Under the pieces are notes generated by a model. That model was not told the DNA's origin, did no database searches, and was given only the letters and a program-made list of their open reading frames with translations. This document shows, piece after piece, positions 28,250 through 37,710 of a stretch of DNA of 64,000 nucleotides (the stretch's first letter is position 1; each line of letters begins with the position of its first letter). Made by a program: the position numbers and the translations under genes. The stretch is from Lentisphaeria bacterium (GTDB lineage Bacteria > Verrucomicrobiota > Lentisphaeria > Oligosphaerales > MVZH01). The stretch lies in contig JAVVEH010000016.1 in NCBI GenBank assembly GCA_032251435.1, positions 14,035 to 78,034 on the forward strand. Direction: 5' to 3'.

Positions 28250-29536
28250 TCACTCTTTTCCCGACAGGACTTCCCAGGCCAGCCGGTGCTGTATGCCATT
28301 TCGGGTCCCAAACGGGGCATCGTCAAGGCTGATGACCAGCTTCGGATAGTTGTCGCGAATCATTTCAAGACTGCGGTATTCACGCTCGATGACAGCCTCG
28401 TCCGCCAGCAGATAGCAGATCTGGGCATAGATGCGGTTGCCGTCCCTCTCCAGCACAAAATCGACCTCCAGATCGCGGTAGCGGCCGACATGCACCGTAT
28501 AGCCCTGTGATTTCCAGTGCAGATAGAAGCAGTTTTCCAGTCGGCGCGAAAGCCCGGGGTCGTAGTCCGGGGCCAGATATTGACGAAAAGCCAGGTCGTT
28601 GACAAAGTATTTTCGGGTCCCGGCGAGGATTTCCTTGCCCCGGATGTCGTAGCGGTTGCACTCATGGACCAGCAAGGCTTTCTGGAGATGGTCGAGATAG
28701 CGGGACAACGTCTCAAAGTTGGTCCCGGCACCTCGGCTATTAAGATGATTGACCACTTTATTGATGGAGAAATAGCTGCCGATGTTGGCACAGAGAAACT
28801 GGAACAGCTGTTCCAGCAGGCCGACATCCTGCACACCGAACTTGCGGACGATATCGTTCAGCAGGACAGAATCCCGCAGGGCCATGACATAGTGCCGCCG
28901 GGCTTCATCGGTTTCAAGATTGATCAGTTCGGGAAGTCCTCCGCGGCGAAGATAAGTCAGCAAGCCGGCTTTGTCCGGCGCAATCTCATAGGCCGTGCAG
29001 AACTCGGCAAAGGAAAGTGAAAAAATCGCTATCGGGATGTGTCGGCCACTGAGGTAGGTCCCCAGTTCCGATGACAGCATGTGCGAGTTCGAACCGGTGA
29101 CATACAGTTCAAATTCGGGCTGGGTTTCCTGCGCATAGGAAGCCGCCAGTTTTTCCCAGCCGGCAATTTCCTGAACTTCGTCAAGCAGAAGATAAACCTT
29201 TCCGGGGGTTGCCACCCGCTCGAGGTAAAAGCGAATCAGACCATCCAACTGACGATGGTCGGTCAAGTCGGAAAAATCAATGTGCTCTTTGTCCAGATAA
29301 AAGATATTGCATGGGGCAACGCCTTGATGCAGCAGGCGCTGAACAAACTGTCGAAGAATGTAGTTCTTGCCCGTCCGGCGCTGACCAACCAGTACTTTGA
29401 TCAGACGGTTCCCCGAGAAGGATGATATCCGGTCCACATAAATGGGGCGCGGGATACCGGCGCGAACTGGCTGCCCTTGCCAATAGTTGTGCTCTTCGAG
29501 CTTGGAAAAGTATTCTTGTGGTTTCATCGCTAACAC
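28250..29536 (-). CDS. AAA+ ATPase/DUF4143 family protein
   Basis: GQRRTGKN, LDEVQ, TGSNS.MLSSEL.T.LSGR, GGLPE and EVDFV motifs. Confidence 0.9.
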   Translation of the reverse strand: MLAMKPQEYFSKLEEHNYWQGQPVRAGIPRPIYVDRISSFSGNRLIKVLVGQRRTGKNYILRQFVQRLLHQGVAPCNIFYLDKEHIDFSDLTDHRQLDGLIRFYLERVATPGKVYLLLDEVQEIAGWEKLAASYAQETQPEFELYVTGSNSHMLSSELGTYLSGRHIPIAIFSLSFAEFCTAYEIAPDKAGLLTYLRRGGLPELINLETDEARRHYVMALRDSVLLNDIVRKFGVQDVGLLEQLFQFLCANIGSYFSINKVVNHLNSRGAGTNFETLSRYLDHLQKALLVHECNRYDIRGKEILAGTRKYFVNDLAFRQYLAPDYDPGLSRRLENCFYLHWKSQGYTVHVGRYRDLEVDFVLERDGNRIYAQICYLLADEAVIEREYRSLEMIRDNYPKLVISLDDAPFGTRNGIQHRLAWEVLSGKE

Positions 29537-29790
29537 TGATATTTTTTCATATTTATCTTAAAATATATACTTAATCATGTGATTTTTCAAGTATATATGA
29601 AAAATATTTTTCCCATGCGCAACAAGTCGGGACTGACAGGTAATGGTCCGGGAACATTTGATCGTGGTCAGGAATCTTTGTCACATGTTTGATTCAATCT
29701 GCTGGCTGTCAGACTTTCGTGTGTAGTTGCAGGCAGGAGTTCGTGTGTATATATTAGGCTCACTAAGACTCAGCCGGCAAGTAGGTAACC

Positions 29791-32133
29791 ATGACCACGT
29801 TAAGCATCAAACTACCGTCTCACAGCGATGCCGGGGCGGAGAGCGACCCGCAGCAGATCGAGATCACGCATCTGGCGGCCCGCGAACTGTCCCTTGCCGA
29901 CCTGCAGGAGGCGCGTTCCCCTTCCCCGGGCGTTGTTATCCTTTTGCCGCAATCCGACAGTTTTACGCTAACCATTGACGACGAGCCCGGACTCATGGTG
30001 CCGGGAGTCGCGCAGGTGTTGAGCGGCAATTCGGCCTGGGGCGTTGTGCCGCCTGCCTCCGCGGAGGACGGGGAGACCACTCACGTCTCAGTTGCATTGG
30101 TCGAATTGAACGCGGTGATCAATGATGCTATCCCGCTGCAGGAACTGCTCGGCCTGCCCAGACATCTGAACACCCGGGCGAGCGAAGAGGCGGAGCGGCT
30201 GTGTGAAAATCTTGTCTGCCATGGTGCGGAATTGATTCTTTCTCCAGGACAGCCCGATGTCATGCAGCATCTCATCGCCGTCCGCCTGGTTGCCTTGCTG
30301 CTGACTTCGGCCGGTATCCCCCAGCTAGACAAAAACGACGAGCAGTGGGATGACCGGATCCTGAAACTGAAGACATTTTTAGTCAATAATATGGGCTTCC
30401 CCCCCACGACTGACGAAATGGCTGTTCATATGGGGATGTCGCGCTCGAGTTTCTATCGCTGGGCAGCTCCCCTGCTGGGCTGTTCGCCGGTTCAATACCT
30501 GCGCCAGATGCGCCTGGAGAAAAGCCAGGAACTGCTCCATAACACCTCGCTGTCCATAGAGCGGATTGCGGAATGCACCGGCTTCAGCTCCCGCCAGCAT
30601 ATGTGGCAGGAATTTTCCAAACAGTTTCAGATTACCCCGGCTCAACTGCGGCGGCAGATCAAGCGGATATCCCAGGACAATCCGTTGGACAAGGTGGAGA
30701 GTCTTATCCGGCAACACCGCTTTGAGGAAGCTCTGACAACTTGCAAAAGCAGGCTGCGCGACACGCCGGCCGGTCATGCCAGAGATCAGATCCTGGAGCA
30801 GCAGGCCCGCTGTCTGTATGCCATGGGCAAGATCAACGAAGCCGTGGAAACTTGGGAGGCCATGCTCAAAGGGCCATGGGCCATTGAGGCCGGGCAACAG
30901 CTTTGCAGCCATCACTACAGGTGCGGAAATTACCAGCAGGCCAGTGAAATCTTCGCTGAACTCTTTGCGAAGGCAACCGAAAACCAGCGGCATGACCTGA
31001 TCATGTCCTGGTGCCACCAGGTGGGGGGACTGGTGGCCAGACGGATCTCCGGGCCGCTTCCCGACTATCTGAATGTTCGGCGGCACTACTTTCCGGGCAA
31101 TGTGCGCAGCATGTCGGTCACGGCCGAGGCTCTCAAGGGGCTTGGACAGGAGAATCGGGTGATGAAGGAATGCCCAGACTTACACGGCCGGCACATGCAC
31201 GCGCTCCGTCGGGCCGGGCTATTCCATCTGGGGATTGAAGGAACAGAAGCGGGCACGGAAGGAGGCAAGGCAACCTCCTTGATGTTTATGGGACAGTATG
31301 CGGAAGCAATGGAACTGGCACCGCATGATCCCGGGCTTATGGCCCAGGCGCTCACCCGACTGGGACGGGCCAGCGAGGCCGTCGCCTGCTACCCCGATCA
31401 CTGCCAGGAGGCCTATCTCGTCCTGGGAAAATATCAGGAACTGCTTGACCGCTGGCCCGAGCCGTCGGAACACCAGGTGCTGGCACTTTCCGCTCTGAAC
31501 AGGGCCGAAACCTTGCGGGATTATCCGGAGCAGCATGGGACGTTGTGGTATCTGGCGCAGTTCCATCTCGGGCCGGATCACTTTCTGGCGGTGAGAAAAC
31601 CGCGCCAGCCGGAATTTCACATTCCGGCTCTGTGCTGGAAGGCAGTGCAGCTGCTGGCGGCGGGAGAGGCCGAACAAGCTGATACGTTTCTCCGCAAAAT
31701 CCCCCTGGTGCAATCGGCCGACTACTGGCGATGGGCGGAACCCAGTTGCAATGAAACGAGTCTGACAACCATCACCCGGGGCCTGGCCGGGAAACTCGAC
31801 CTGGCCCAGGCTGAACTGAAAAGAATTGTTGAAAAACTGAAATATACCGACTACCAGTGTATGTGGCATGACGCCGCATTTTTACTGGGCGCGATTGACG
31901 CGGAAGCCTACAAGCATCAACCCTGTCAAGCCAACGTGGAAAACCGCCTGGCTCTGATCATGATCCTGAAGGACGACCTGGACAACCGGGGAACCGCTGA
32001 AAGTTACCACTCGCTCCTGGAGCGGCTTTCGGGCTTTTACCTGTTGTCAAGACCCCAGTTGCGGGCGTTCCTCAACTGGCGTCTACAATCTTTGATCCAA
32101 GAGCGCGGGCCGGACTTTCGTGTCCGGCTTTGA
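29791..32133 (+). CDS. AraC-family transcriptional regulator with a long C-terminal TPR-like region
   Basis: EMA..MGMSRSSFYR...SPVQYLRQMRLEKSQELL..T.LSIERIAE.TGFSS...F..TPAQLR, followed by helical repeats. Confidence 0.85.
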   Translation: MTTLSIKLPSHSDAGAESDPQQIEITHLAARELSLADLQEARSPSPGVVILLPQSDSFTLTIDDEPGLMVPGVAQVLSGNSAWGVVPPASAEDGETTHVSVALVELNAVINDAIPLQELLGLPRHLNTRASEEAERLCENLVCHGAELILSPGQPDVMQHLIAVRLVALLLTSAGIPQLDKNDEQWDDRILKLKTFLVNNMGFPPTTDEMAVHMGMSRSSFYRWAAPLLGCSPVQYLRQMRLEKSQELLHNTSLSIERIAECTGFSSRQHMWQEFSKQFQITPAQLRRQIKRISQDNPLDKVESLIRQHRFEEALTTCKSRLRDTPAGHARDQILEQQARCLYAMGKINEAVETWEAMLKGPWAIEAGQQLCSHHYRCGNYQQASEIFAELFAKATENQRHDLIMSWCHQVGGLVARRISGPLPDYLNVRRHYFPGNVRSMSVTAEALKGLGQENRVMKECPDLHGRHMHALRRAGLFHLGIEGTEAGTEGGKATSLMFMGQYAEAMELAPHDPGLMAQALTRLGRASEAVACYPDHCQEAYLVLGKYQELLDRWPEPSEHQVLALSALNRAETLRDYPEQHGTLWYLAQFHLGPDHFLAVRKPRQPEFHIPALCWKAVQLLAAGEAEQADTFLRKIPLVQSADYWRWAEPSCNETSLTTITRGLAGKLDLAQAELKRIVEKLKYTDYQCMWHDAAFLLGAIDAEAYKHQPCQANVENRLALIMILKDDLDNRGTAESYHSLLERLSGFYLLSRPQLRAFLNWRLQSLIQERGPDFRVRL

Positions 32134-32565
32134 CGGGCAGGAACCCCCGGCCTGCGGCATCCTTATCTCAAGAGAGCTGAAAATACTGGATGCCGTCAAT
32201 ACGTGATGAATGTGCTTCCGGGCGCTCCGCAAATACCGCATTTTTCGGGAATGAATTTTTCGATATTGCCACATGTCGGGCACAGATTTTAACAACTCCC
32301 GGACATTCTGGCTTTGCGGAAGCAGGTAGCCGGAGTCCCGGATAACATCTCCGCCATCACTTTTTTAGGGTAGCCACGCTTTATCATTTTCCAAATAAAA
32401 CATGGGTTTAATGGCATTTTAAGCGGTCCACTTAGGTTTATTCCTTAATGTCATGGACGGTTCGGTCCCGCGTTTTTTCTCCCTTCAGGTTCTTGACCCC
32501 GGGAACTTACCGGCTATGGTGACCAGCTTTGCTGGATAACGACCTATAAAAAGGGCTGTCTCGTC

Positions 32566-34434
32566 ATGTCTACTGCTCACTTATCATGTAAAGTTGTCTT
32601 TCAGCCAAGCGGAAAGACACGCCTTGTTCCGTTTGAAACGACGATCTCCCAAGCCGCCGCCTTGGCCGGGCTGGCGATTCACAACCCCTGCGGCGGGCAG
32701 GGCACGTGCGGAAAGTGCCGGGTCATCGTCCACAGCGGGGACTGTCCACCCAGTAGCCACTGCCGGGAAATATTAACCGCGCGCCAATTGGAGCGCGGGG
32801 CGCGTCTGGCATGCAAATGCCAAATCCAGTCGGACGCGGTCGTGGAAATTCCCTTTGAATCACTGATTGACCAACCCGATAATAAAATTCTCACCGCCGG
32901 GGAGAGTCAGGCGGTTGAGGTGTCGCCGGCTGTTTACAAGCGCTTCTTTAACCTGCCCGCGCCGACATCCGAAGATGACATCAGTGATCTGGAGCGGTTG
33001 GCCCGGGAACTGGACCTGCCCTTGTTCGCCCATTTGCCGGTACTGCGGGAGCTCCCCGGATTTTTGCGGGAGAACGCGTTTTCCGGAACCGCCCTGCTGC
33101 GTAACGGGGATCAACTTCTGGGACTGGAAGCTGGTGATACCGAGGACACCTGCTATGGCGTGGCGTTTGACATTGGCACGACCACGCTGGTCGGCACACT
33201 GATTCATCTGCCGAGCGGTCAGGAAAAACACGTTGTCGCCCGGATGAATCCCCAGATTCCGGTCGGGGATGATGTGATTACCCGTATTCAAGCCACCCGG
33301 CAGACACCCCCCAAACTCGCGGAGATGCGGAAAGCCATTATCGGCACGGTCAATGAGATTCTCGCCGAGCTGGCGGCCGGTGAGGGGATATCAATTGAAT
33401 CCATCTATGAAATTGTTCTGGCCGGGAATACAACCATGCAGCACATCCTCTGCGGTGTCAGCCCGGCGGCTCTAGGTGAAGTGCCGTTTCCCCCGGTGTT
33501 CCGCCGGGGGCTGGCTCTGGCGGCCGCTGATCTTGGCGTGACGGTCAATCCCAAGGGCGTGGTTTTTGTTTTTCCCAACATCGGGGGGTTTGTCGGTGGC
33601 GACACGGTGGCCGGGATTCTGGCCGCGTCGCTGGACACGGCGGACAAACCCGTGGTGTTGGTGGATATCGGAACCAACGGGGAAATTGTTCTGGCCCACG
33701 ACGGCGGTTTGATGGCGACCTCCACGGCCGCGGGACCCGCGTTCGAGGGGGCCCGGATCACGCATGGCATGCGGGCGGCGGATGGGGCCATTGAAAAAAT
33801 ATGGTTCGCCGACGGCGATGTCCGCATGCGGACGGTGGGCGACGAAGCCCCGGTCGGTCTGTGCGGAACGGCCCTGATTGACCTAACCGCGGTGCTTTTG
33901 GATCTGGGGGTGGTTGACATCACCGGGCGGATTCTGGAGGACGGAGAACTGCCTGAAAGCCTGCCTGAAGCCGTTCGCAAACGGATTATCAGGGATGAAG
34001 CCGGCGTTCCCTCGTTCGCTCTGGCCTTTCCGGAACAAACCACGTCGGGCGAGGGAGTCCTGTTATTTCAACGGGATCTGCGGGAACTACAGCTGGCCAG
34101 CGGGGCGATCCGGGCCGGGGTCAGTATCATGATCCGGCAGGCGGGACTGACCGTGGATGACATTTCAGAAGTCCTTCTGGCTGGGGCGTTCGGTAATTAT
34201 ATCCGCCGGGAGAACGCCTGCCGGATTGGACTGCTCCCGGATTTGCCGGTGGAACGGATCCGGTTTATCGGCAACGCAGCCAGTGGCGGCGCGAAAATGG
34301 CCTTGCTGTCCGGCGCCACACGGAAACGGGCCGAGGCCTTCGCCGGCAAGGTCGAGCACATCGACCTGTCTTCCGATCCGGATTTCCAGATGGAATTCGG
34401 CATGGCCATGATGTTTCCGGGAGAGGAATTTTAA
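32566..34434 (+). CDS. Corrinoid reductive activation protein (RACo/ASKHA, DUF4445) with N-terminal 2Fe-2S domain
   Basis: CGGQGTCGKC...RLACKC; DIGTTT, GNTTM, GFVGGD, DIGTNGE, AGPAFEG and AGAFG motifs. Confidence 0.92.
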   Translation: MSTAHLSCKVVFQPSGKTRLVPFETTISQAAALAGLAIHNPCGGQGTCGKCRVIVHSGDCPPSSHCREILTARQLERGARLACKCQIQSDAVVEIPFESLIDQPDNKILTAGESQAVEVSPAVYKRFFNLPAPTSEDDISDLERLARELDLPLFAHLPVLRELPGFLRENAFSGTALLRNGDQLLGLEAGDTEDTCYGVAFDIGTTTLVGTLIHLPSGQEKHVVARMNPQIPVGDDVITRIQATRQTPPKLAEMRKAIIGTVNEILAELAAGEGISIESIYEIVLAGNTTMQHILCGVSPAALGEVPFPPVFRRGLALAAADLGVTVNPKGVVFVFPNIGGFVGGDTVAGILAASLDTADKPVVLVDIGTNGEIVLAHDGGLMATSTAAGPAFEGARITHGMRAADGAIEKIWFADGDVRMRTVGDEAPVGLCGTALIDLTAVLLDLGVVDITGRILEDGELPESLPEAVRKRIIRDEAGVPSFALAFPEQTTSGEGVLLFQRDLRELQLASGAIRAGVSIMIRQAGLTVDDISEVLLAGAFGNYIRRENACRIGLLPDLPVERIRFIGNAASGGAKMALLSGATRKRAEAFAGKVEHIDLSSDPDFQMEFGMAMMFPGEEF

Positions 34435-34437
34435 AAA

Positions 34438-34656
34438 TTGATCAATACCAGCAAGGTGGCCGATTACGTGCGGCGCTTCAACGACGGTGATACCGAGCTG
34501 TATCCCCAGGCGATTCCGAACCGCGACGCGCTTGCGTTCATGGAAGCCAATGTGCCGCGGTTCGAATGCCCCGACACCATCCTGGAACGGACGTATTATT
34601 TCCGGTGGTGGACCTACCGCAAGCATATCAAGGAGACACCACACGCTTCTTTGTGA
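34438..34656 (+). pseudogene. N-terminal fragment of a six-hairpin (MGH1-like) glycoside hydrolase
   Basis: NVPRFECPD..LERTYYFRWWTYRKHIKETP, then an abrupt stop. Confidence 0.6.
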
Positions 34657-34731
34657 TCACGCTGACAACCGAAAGACTGGTTCAGCCGCCCCCGGCGGGG
34701 AGGAACCGACCGCTCCCCGATGGCACGCCGC

Positions 34732-35658
34732 TCAGTCGGCGGCGGGGAAAATCGTCATGCCTTTTTCGACCTTGTCAGCGCCACTGAGCGCCTTGCAGAT
34801 CGCGACCTTTTCCTTGACCTCAGTCACTTCGAGAGTGGCGACCTTGGTCATCTCGCTGTCAAGCACCTCTCCGGTGTCCGGGTCGACGATTTCCTCGACC
34901 CCGCCGACGACGAATGTCATGCCGACGGCAACCCCTTCGCGAGTGCCCCGGTTGATGATGACCTTGGCGGGACTGGCCAGAACAACGGTTCCCTCCCAGG
35001 GGACCTTGTCGAGCTGTTCGATAAGAAAGCCGACGCATTGATCAACCGCGTCGGCACAGGCTTTGCCGACGTTGTCGTCCAGAAATCCGCCTAGATTGCC
35101 GGTCAATCCCCCGAGTTTCGACCCGTAGTAGCCAAGATTCAGACCGCGCTTGTGTGACTTGCCGACCACCGATTTCGAGGCGGCGACCTGGCCGGTCTCG
35201 GAATTAACCAGGTAGATGGTCATATTGATCTCCGCTTTGCTGCCGCTGCCGCCAACGCGGATTCCCTTGAAGCCGATTCCGCCGCCGCCCCCGGTCGTCT
35301 CCTGGACATGGGTGATCGAACCGCGGACTAGCAGTTGGGCGGGGGTCATGCGCCCGACTTTCGGGGCTTTTTTCCCTCCGGCGGCCCGGTCGCTGGCGGC
35401 AAAGTCCTGTTCTTTCATCGCGGCGTTGCGCATTTCGGCAGTACCCAGCACAATGAATTGGTCCGTGGCTTTAAGACGGTCGGTCATCAAGGTTTCAAAG
35501 CCCTCGCCGAGACTCCAGCGTCCCCGCCAGTTGGCTTCATTGTCAAACGTGCTAACCGTGATCGTGTAGCGCAAGTTGCCCTCCGCCGCGGACAGCGTCA
35601 GGGGAAGACAAAGCAAAGCCAGACTACCGGCTTTAAGTAAAGCTCTTGGAAGATTCAT
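34732..35658 (-). CDS. CsgG/HfaB-family protein with FlgT-like C-terminal domain
   Basis: Signal peptide; EQDF...G.....QLLVRGSIT; VIINRG..GV.VG...EEIVDPDTGEVL. Confidence 0.8.
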   Translation of the reverse strand: MNLPRALLKAGSLALLCLPLTLSAAEGNLRYTITVSTFDNEANWRGRWSLGEGFETLMTDRLKATDQFIVLGTAEMRNAAMKEQDFAASDRAAGGKKAPKVGRMTPAQLLVRGSITHVQETTGGGGGIGFKGIRVGGSGSKAEINMTIYLVNSETGQVAASKSVVGKSHKRGLNLGYYGSKLGGLTGNLGGFLDDNVGKACADAVDQCVGFLIEQLDKVPWEGTVVLASPAKVIINRGTREGVAVGMTFVVGGVEEIVDPDTGEVLDSEMTKVATLEVTEVKEKVAICKALSGADKVEKGMTIFPAAD

Positions 35659-35764
35659 CGCGACCTCCTGAATTTCTTGGCGAACATTATAGAGAATACG
35701 AACGCGACACGCGACCGCATACCATCGTATTCATACTATGCCGGGAACCACCAATAAGTCAAGT

Positions 35765-35960
35765 TCGGAGTTCTCATCTCCTCTTAGACCATTTTTGGGA
35801 AAAATGGTCGGGGCGCGGAGATTGCCGTTTCGCGGCGCTTCACTGCCAACCGCTTCGGGTTGGCCTCTGTTCCTCGGCAAGCTCGGAACGGTCAAACTCC
35901 TTCGGAGTTCTCATCTCCTCTTAGACCATTTTTGGGAAAAATGGTCGGGGCGCGGAGATT
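35765..35960. repeat. tRNA-linked direct repeat (59 bp, 137-bp period) containing the tRNA 3' end
   Basis: ttcggagttctcatctcctcttagaccatttttgggaaaaatggtcggggcgcggagatt at 35765 and 35902. Confidence 0.9.
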
Positions 35961-36019
35961 CGAACTCCGGACCTTCTGGTCCCAAACCAGACGCGCTAAC
36001 CAGACTGCGCTACGCCCCG
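35942..36019 (-). tRNA. tRNA-Pro(UGG)
   Basis: CGGGGCGTAGCGCAGTCTGGTTAGCGCG-TCTGG TT[TGG]GA CCAGA-AGGTC-CGGAG TTCGAAT CTCCG-CGCCCCGACCA; full cloverleaf with encoded CCA. Confidence 0.97.
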
Positions 36020-36204
36020 TGAATCAAGAAGGCCTATAACGTACTGCGGAAGTCATGTTTTGCAACGGGGAAAGTGTTGATTTATCAGCCGGATGCGGAC
36101 GCGGGCTTGCGACTTGCAAACAAGCGAGTGTCATTTAAGGTAGCCCCCAAGGTCTTGCGAATTAATTTATGTGACAGGCGACAACGGTATGACGGATAAT
36201 TATT

Positions 36205-37485
36205 ATGACTGATCCATTCACCGACCTTGCGATTATCGGCGCCGGCGCCGGAGGCCTGATGGGGGCGGTCATGGCCGCTCAGGCGGGGATACGGTGCGTC
36301 TTAATCGAACGCAAACCGCAACCCGGGCGAAAACTGTTGATGTGCGCCAATAATCGGTGTAATCTGACCAATGATCTGGCCGCTGATGACATGATCGCCG
36401 CTTATGGCGCTCCCGTCGGTGATTTCCTCACACCGGCGATCACGGGACTGTCACCCCGGGCGCTCTGCCAATGGTTCGCCGCCAATGGCTTGAAAACCCG
36501 GACGCATAAAGACGGCAAAGTGTTTCCCCATAGCGAAAAATCCACGGATGTGATTCGGTTTTTCAGCGGTCAATTGCGTGATCACAACGTGCCGGTGATG
36601 TATAATGCGCCGGTTGAAGCAATTGAACGGTTGCCTGACGGCTTTTTGGTAGTCTGCGCTTGTTTCACCTTGAGGGCGCGGACCATTTTGCTGGCGACAG
36701 GGGGGGTGAGTTATCCAAAGACGGGATCTGTCGGGGACGGGCAAAAGATCGCCCGGTCCCTGGGGCATAAAATCACACCGTACCGCCCCGGACTAGTTGG
36801 CTGGGATGTCGCTGAGCGGTGGCTGACGACGGCGGGGCAGGGGGCTTTGCCTGGCGCCAAGGTCACGATTTACGCGGGAGAGACGTGTGTCGGCGCGACG
36901 ACCGGTGAAATTGAGTATTCACATCAGGGAATTCGCGGGCCTGCGGTCATTGACGCCAGTCGGCTCATGGCCAGGCACGGGGGCAGTGAGTTCCGACTCG
37001 AAGTGGACCTCTTTCCCCGATGGTCCGAAAACGAGTTGACCGATCAACTGGAACGCGGCCTGGGCGCCAACGCCGGAAGTGTGGCCAAAACGTTGGCCGG
37101 CCGCATGCTTTCCCCGCCCTTTGTCCGAGGATTTTTCAAGCACGCGTCACTGCGCGAAAACGCGTCTTCAGCCACTGTCAGCGCCGCATTGAAACACTGG
37201 CTGTTGACACCGGTGAAATCCCGGCCATTGAAAGAGGCCATGGTCACGGTCGGCGGTGTTTCCTTGGCGGAAGTCAACCCCGGGACAATGGGCTCCAAAC
37301 TGGTTCCCGGTCTTTATTTCTGTGGTGAAGTCTTGGATATTGACGGTCCCACGGGCGGATTTAATCTGCACGCCGCTTTCGCTACCGCCACATTAGCGGC
37401 GCGGGCGGTCGCCGCGGGAACTGAGGGGAAGAAAAAACCGCCGCGGAACCCGCGGCGGGACAAGGGCGGAAAGAAAAAATTCTGA
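36205..37485 (+). CDS. HI0933/BaiN-family NAD(P)/FAD-dependent oxidoreductase
   Basis: IIGAGAGGL, GRKLL...NRCNLTN, ATGG.SYP.TGS.GDG, VT.GGV and GEVLDIDGPTGGFNL motifs. Confidence 0.92.
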   Translation: MTDPFTDLAIIGAGAGGLMGAVMAAQAGIRCVLIERKPQPGRKLLMCANNRCNLTNDLAADDMIAAYGAPVGDFLTPAITGLSPRALCQWFAANGLKTRTHKDGKVFPHSEKSTDVIRFFSGQLRDHNVPVMYNAPVEAIERLPDGFLVVCACFTLRARTILLATGGVSYPKTGSVGDGQKIARSLGHKITPYRPGLVGWDVAERWLTTAGQGALPGAKVTIYAGETCVGATTGEIEYSHQGIRGPAVIDASRLMARHGGSEFRLEVDLFPRWSENELTDQLERGLGANAGSVAKTLAGRMLSPPFVRGFFKHASLRENASSATVSAALKHWLLTPVKSRPLKEAMVTVGGVSLAEVNPGTMGSKLVPGLYFCGEVLDIDGPTGGFNLHAAFATATLAARAVAAGTEGKKKPPRNPRRDKGGKKKF

Positions 37486-37487
37486 CG

Positions 37488-37541
37488 CGTGGAAGTCGTG
37501 GAAGGCGTGGAAGGCGTGGAAGTCGTGGAAGGCGGGGAAGC
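37488..37541. repeat. 9-bp tandem repeat (cgtggaagk x ~6)
   Basis: cgtggaagt cgtggaagg cgtggaagg cgtggaagt cgtggaagg cggggaagc. Confidence 0.85.
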
Positions 37542-37710
37542 AAGCAGGACCCGCGGCGGAAAATTAATTCCGCGGCGCTGATTTTCCGCTCCGCAACCGT
37601 GCATTTTTTTTAATCCGGGTTAGCTTACAGTCAGTTGAAAAATATGCCTTCCGAGCGGATTAACTGGCTGGAAGCGCAGGCGGTTTTACGGAAATCAACA
37701 AGGAGCAAGT

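Noticed and set aside
35765-35960. attL/attR of an integrated element at tRNA-Pro
   Set aside because: The copies are only 137 bp apart and no integrase is nearby.
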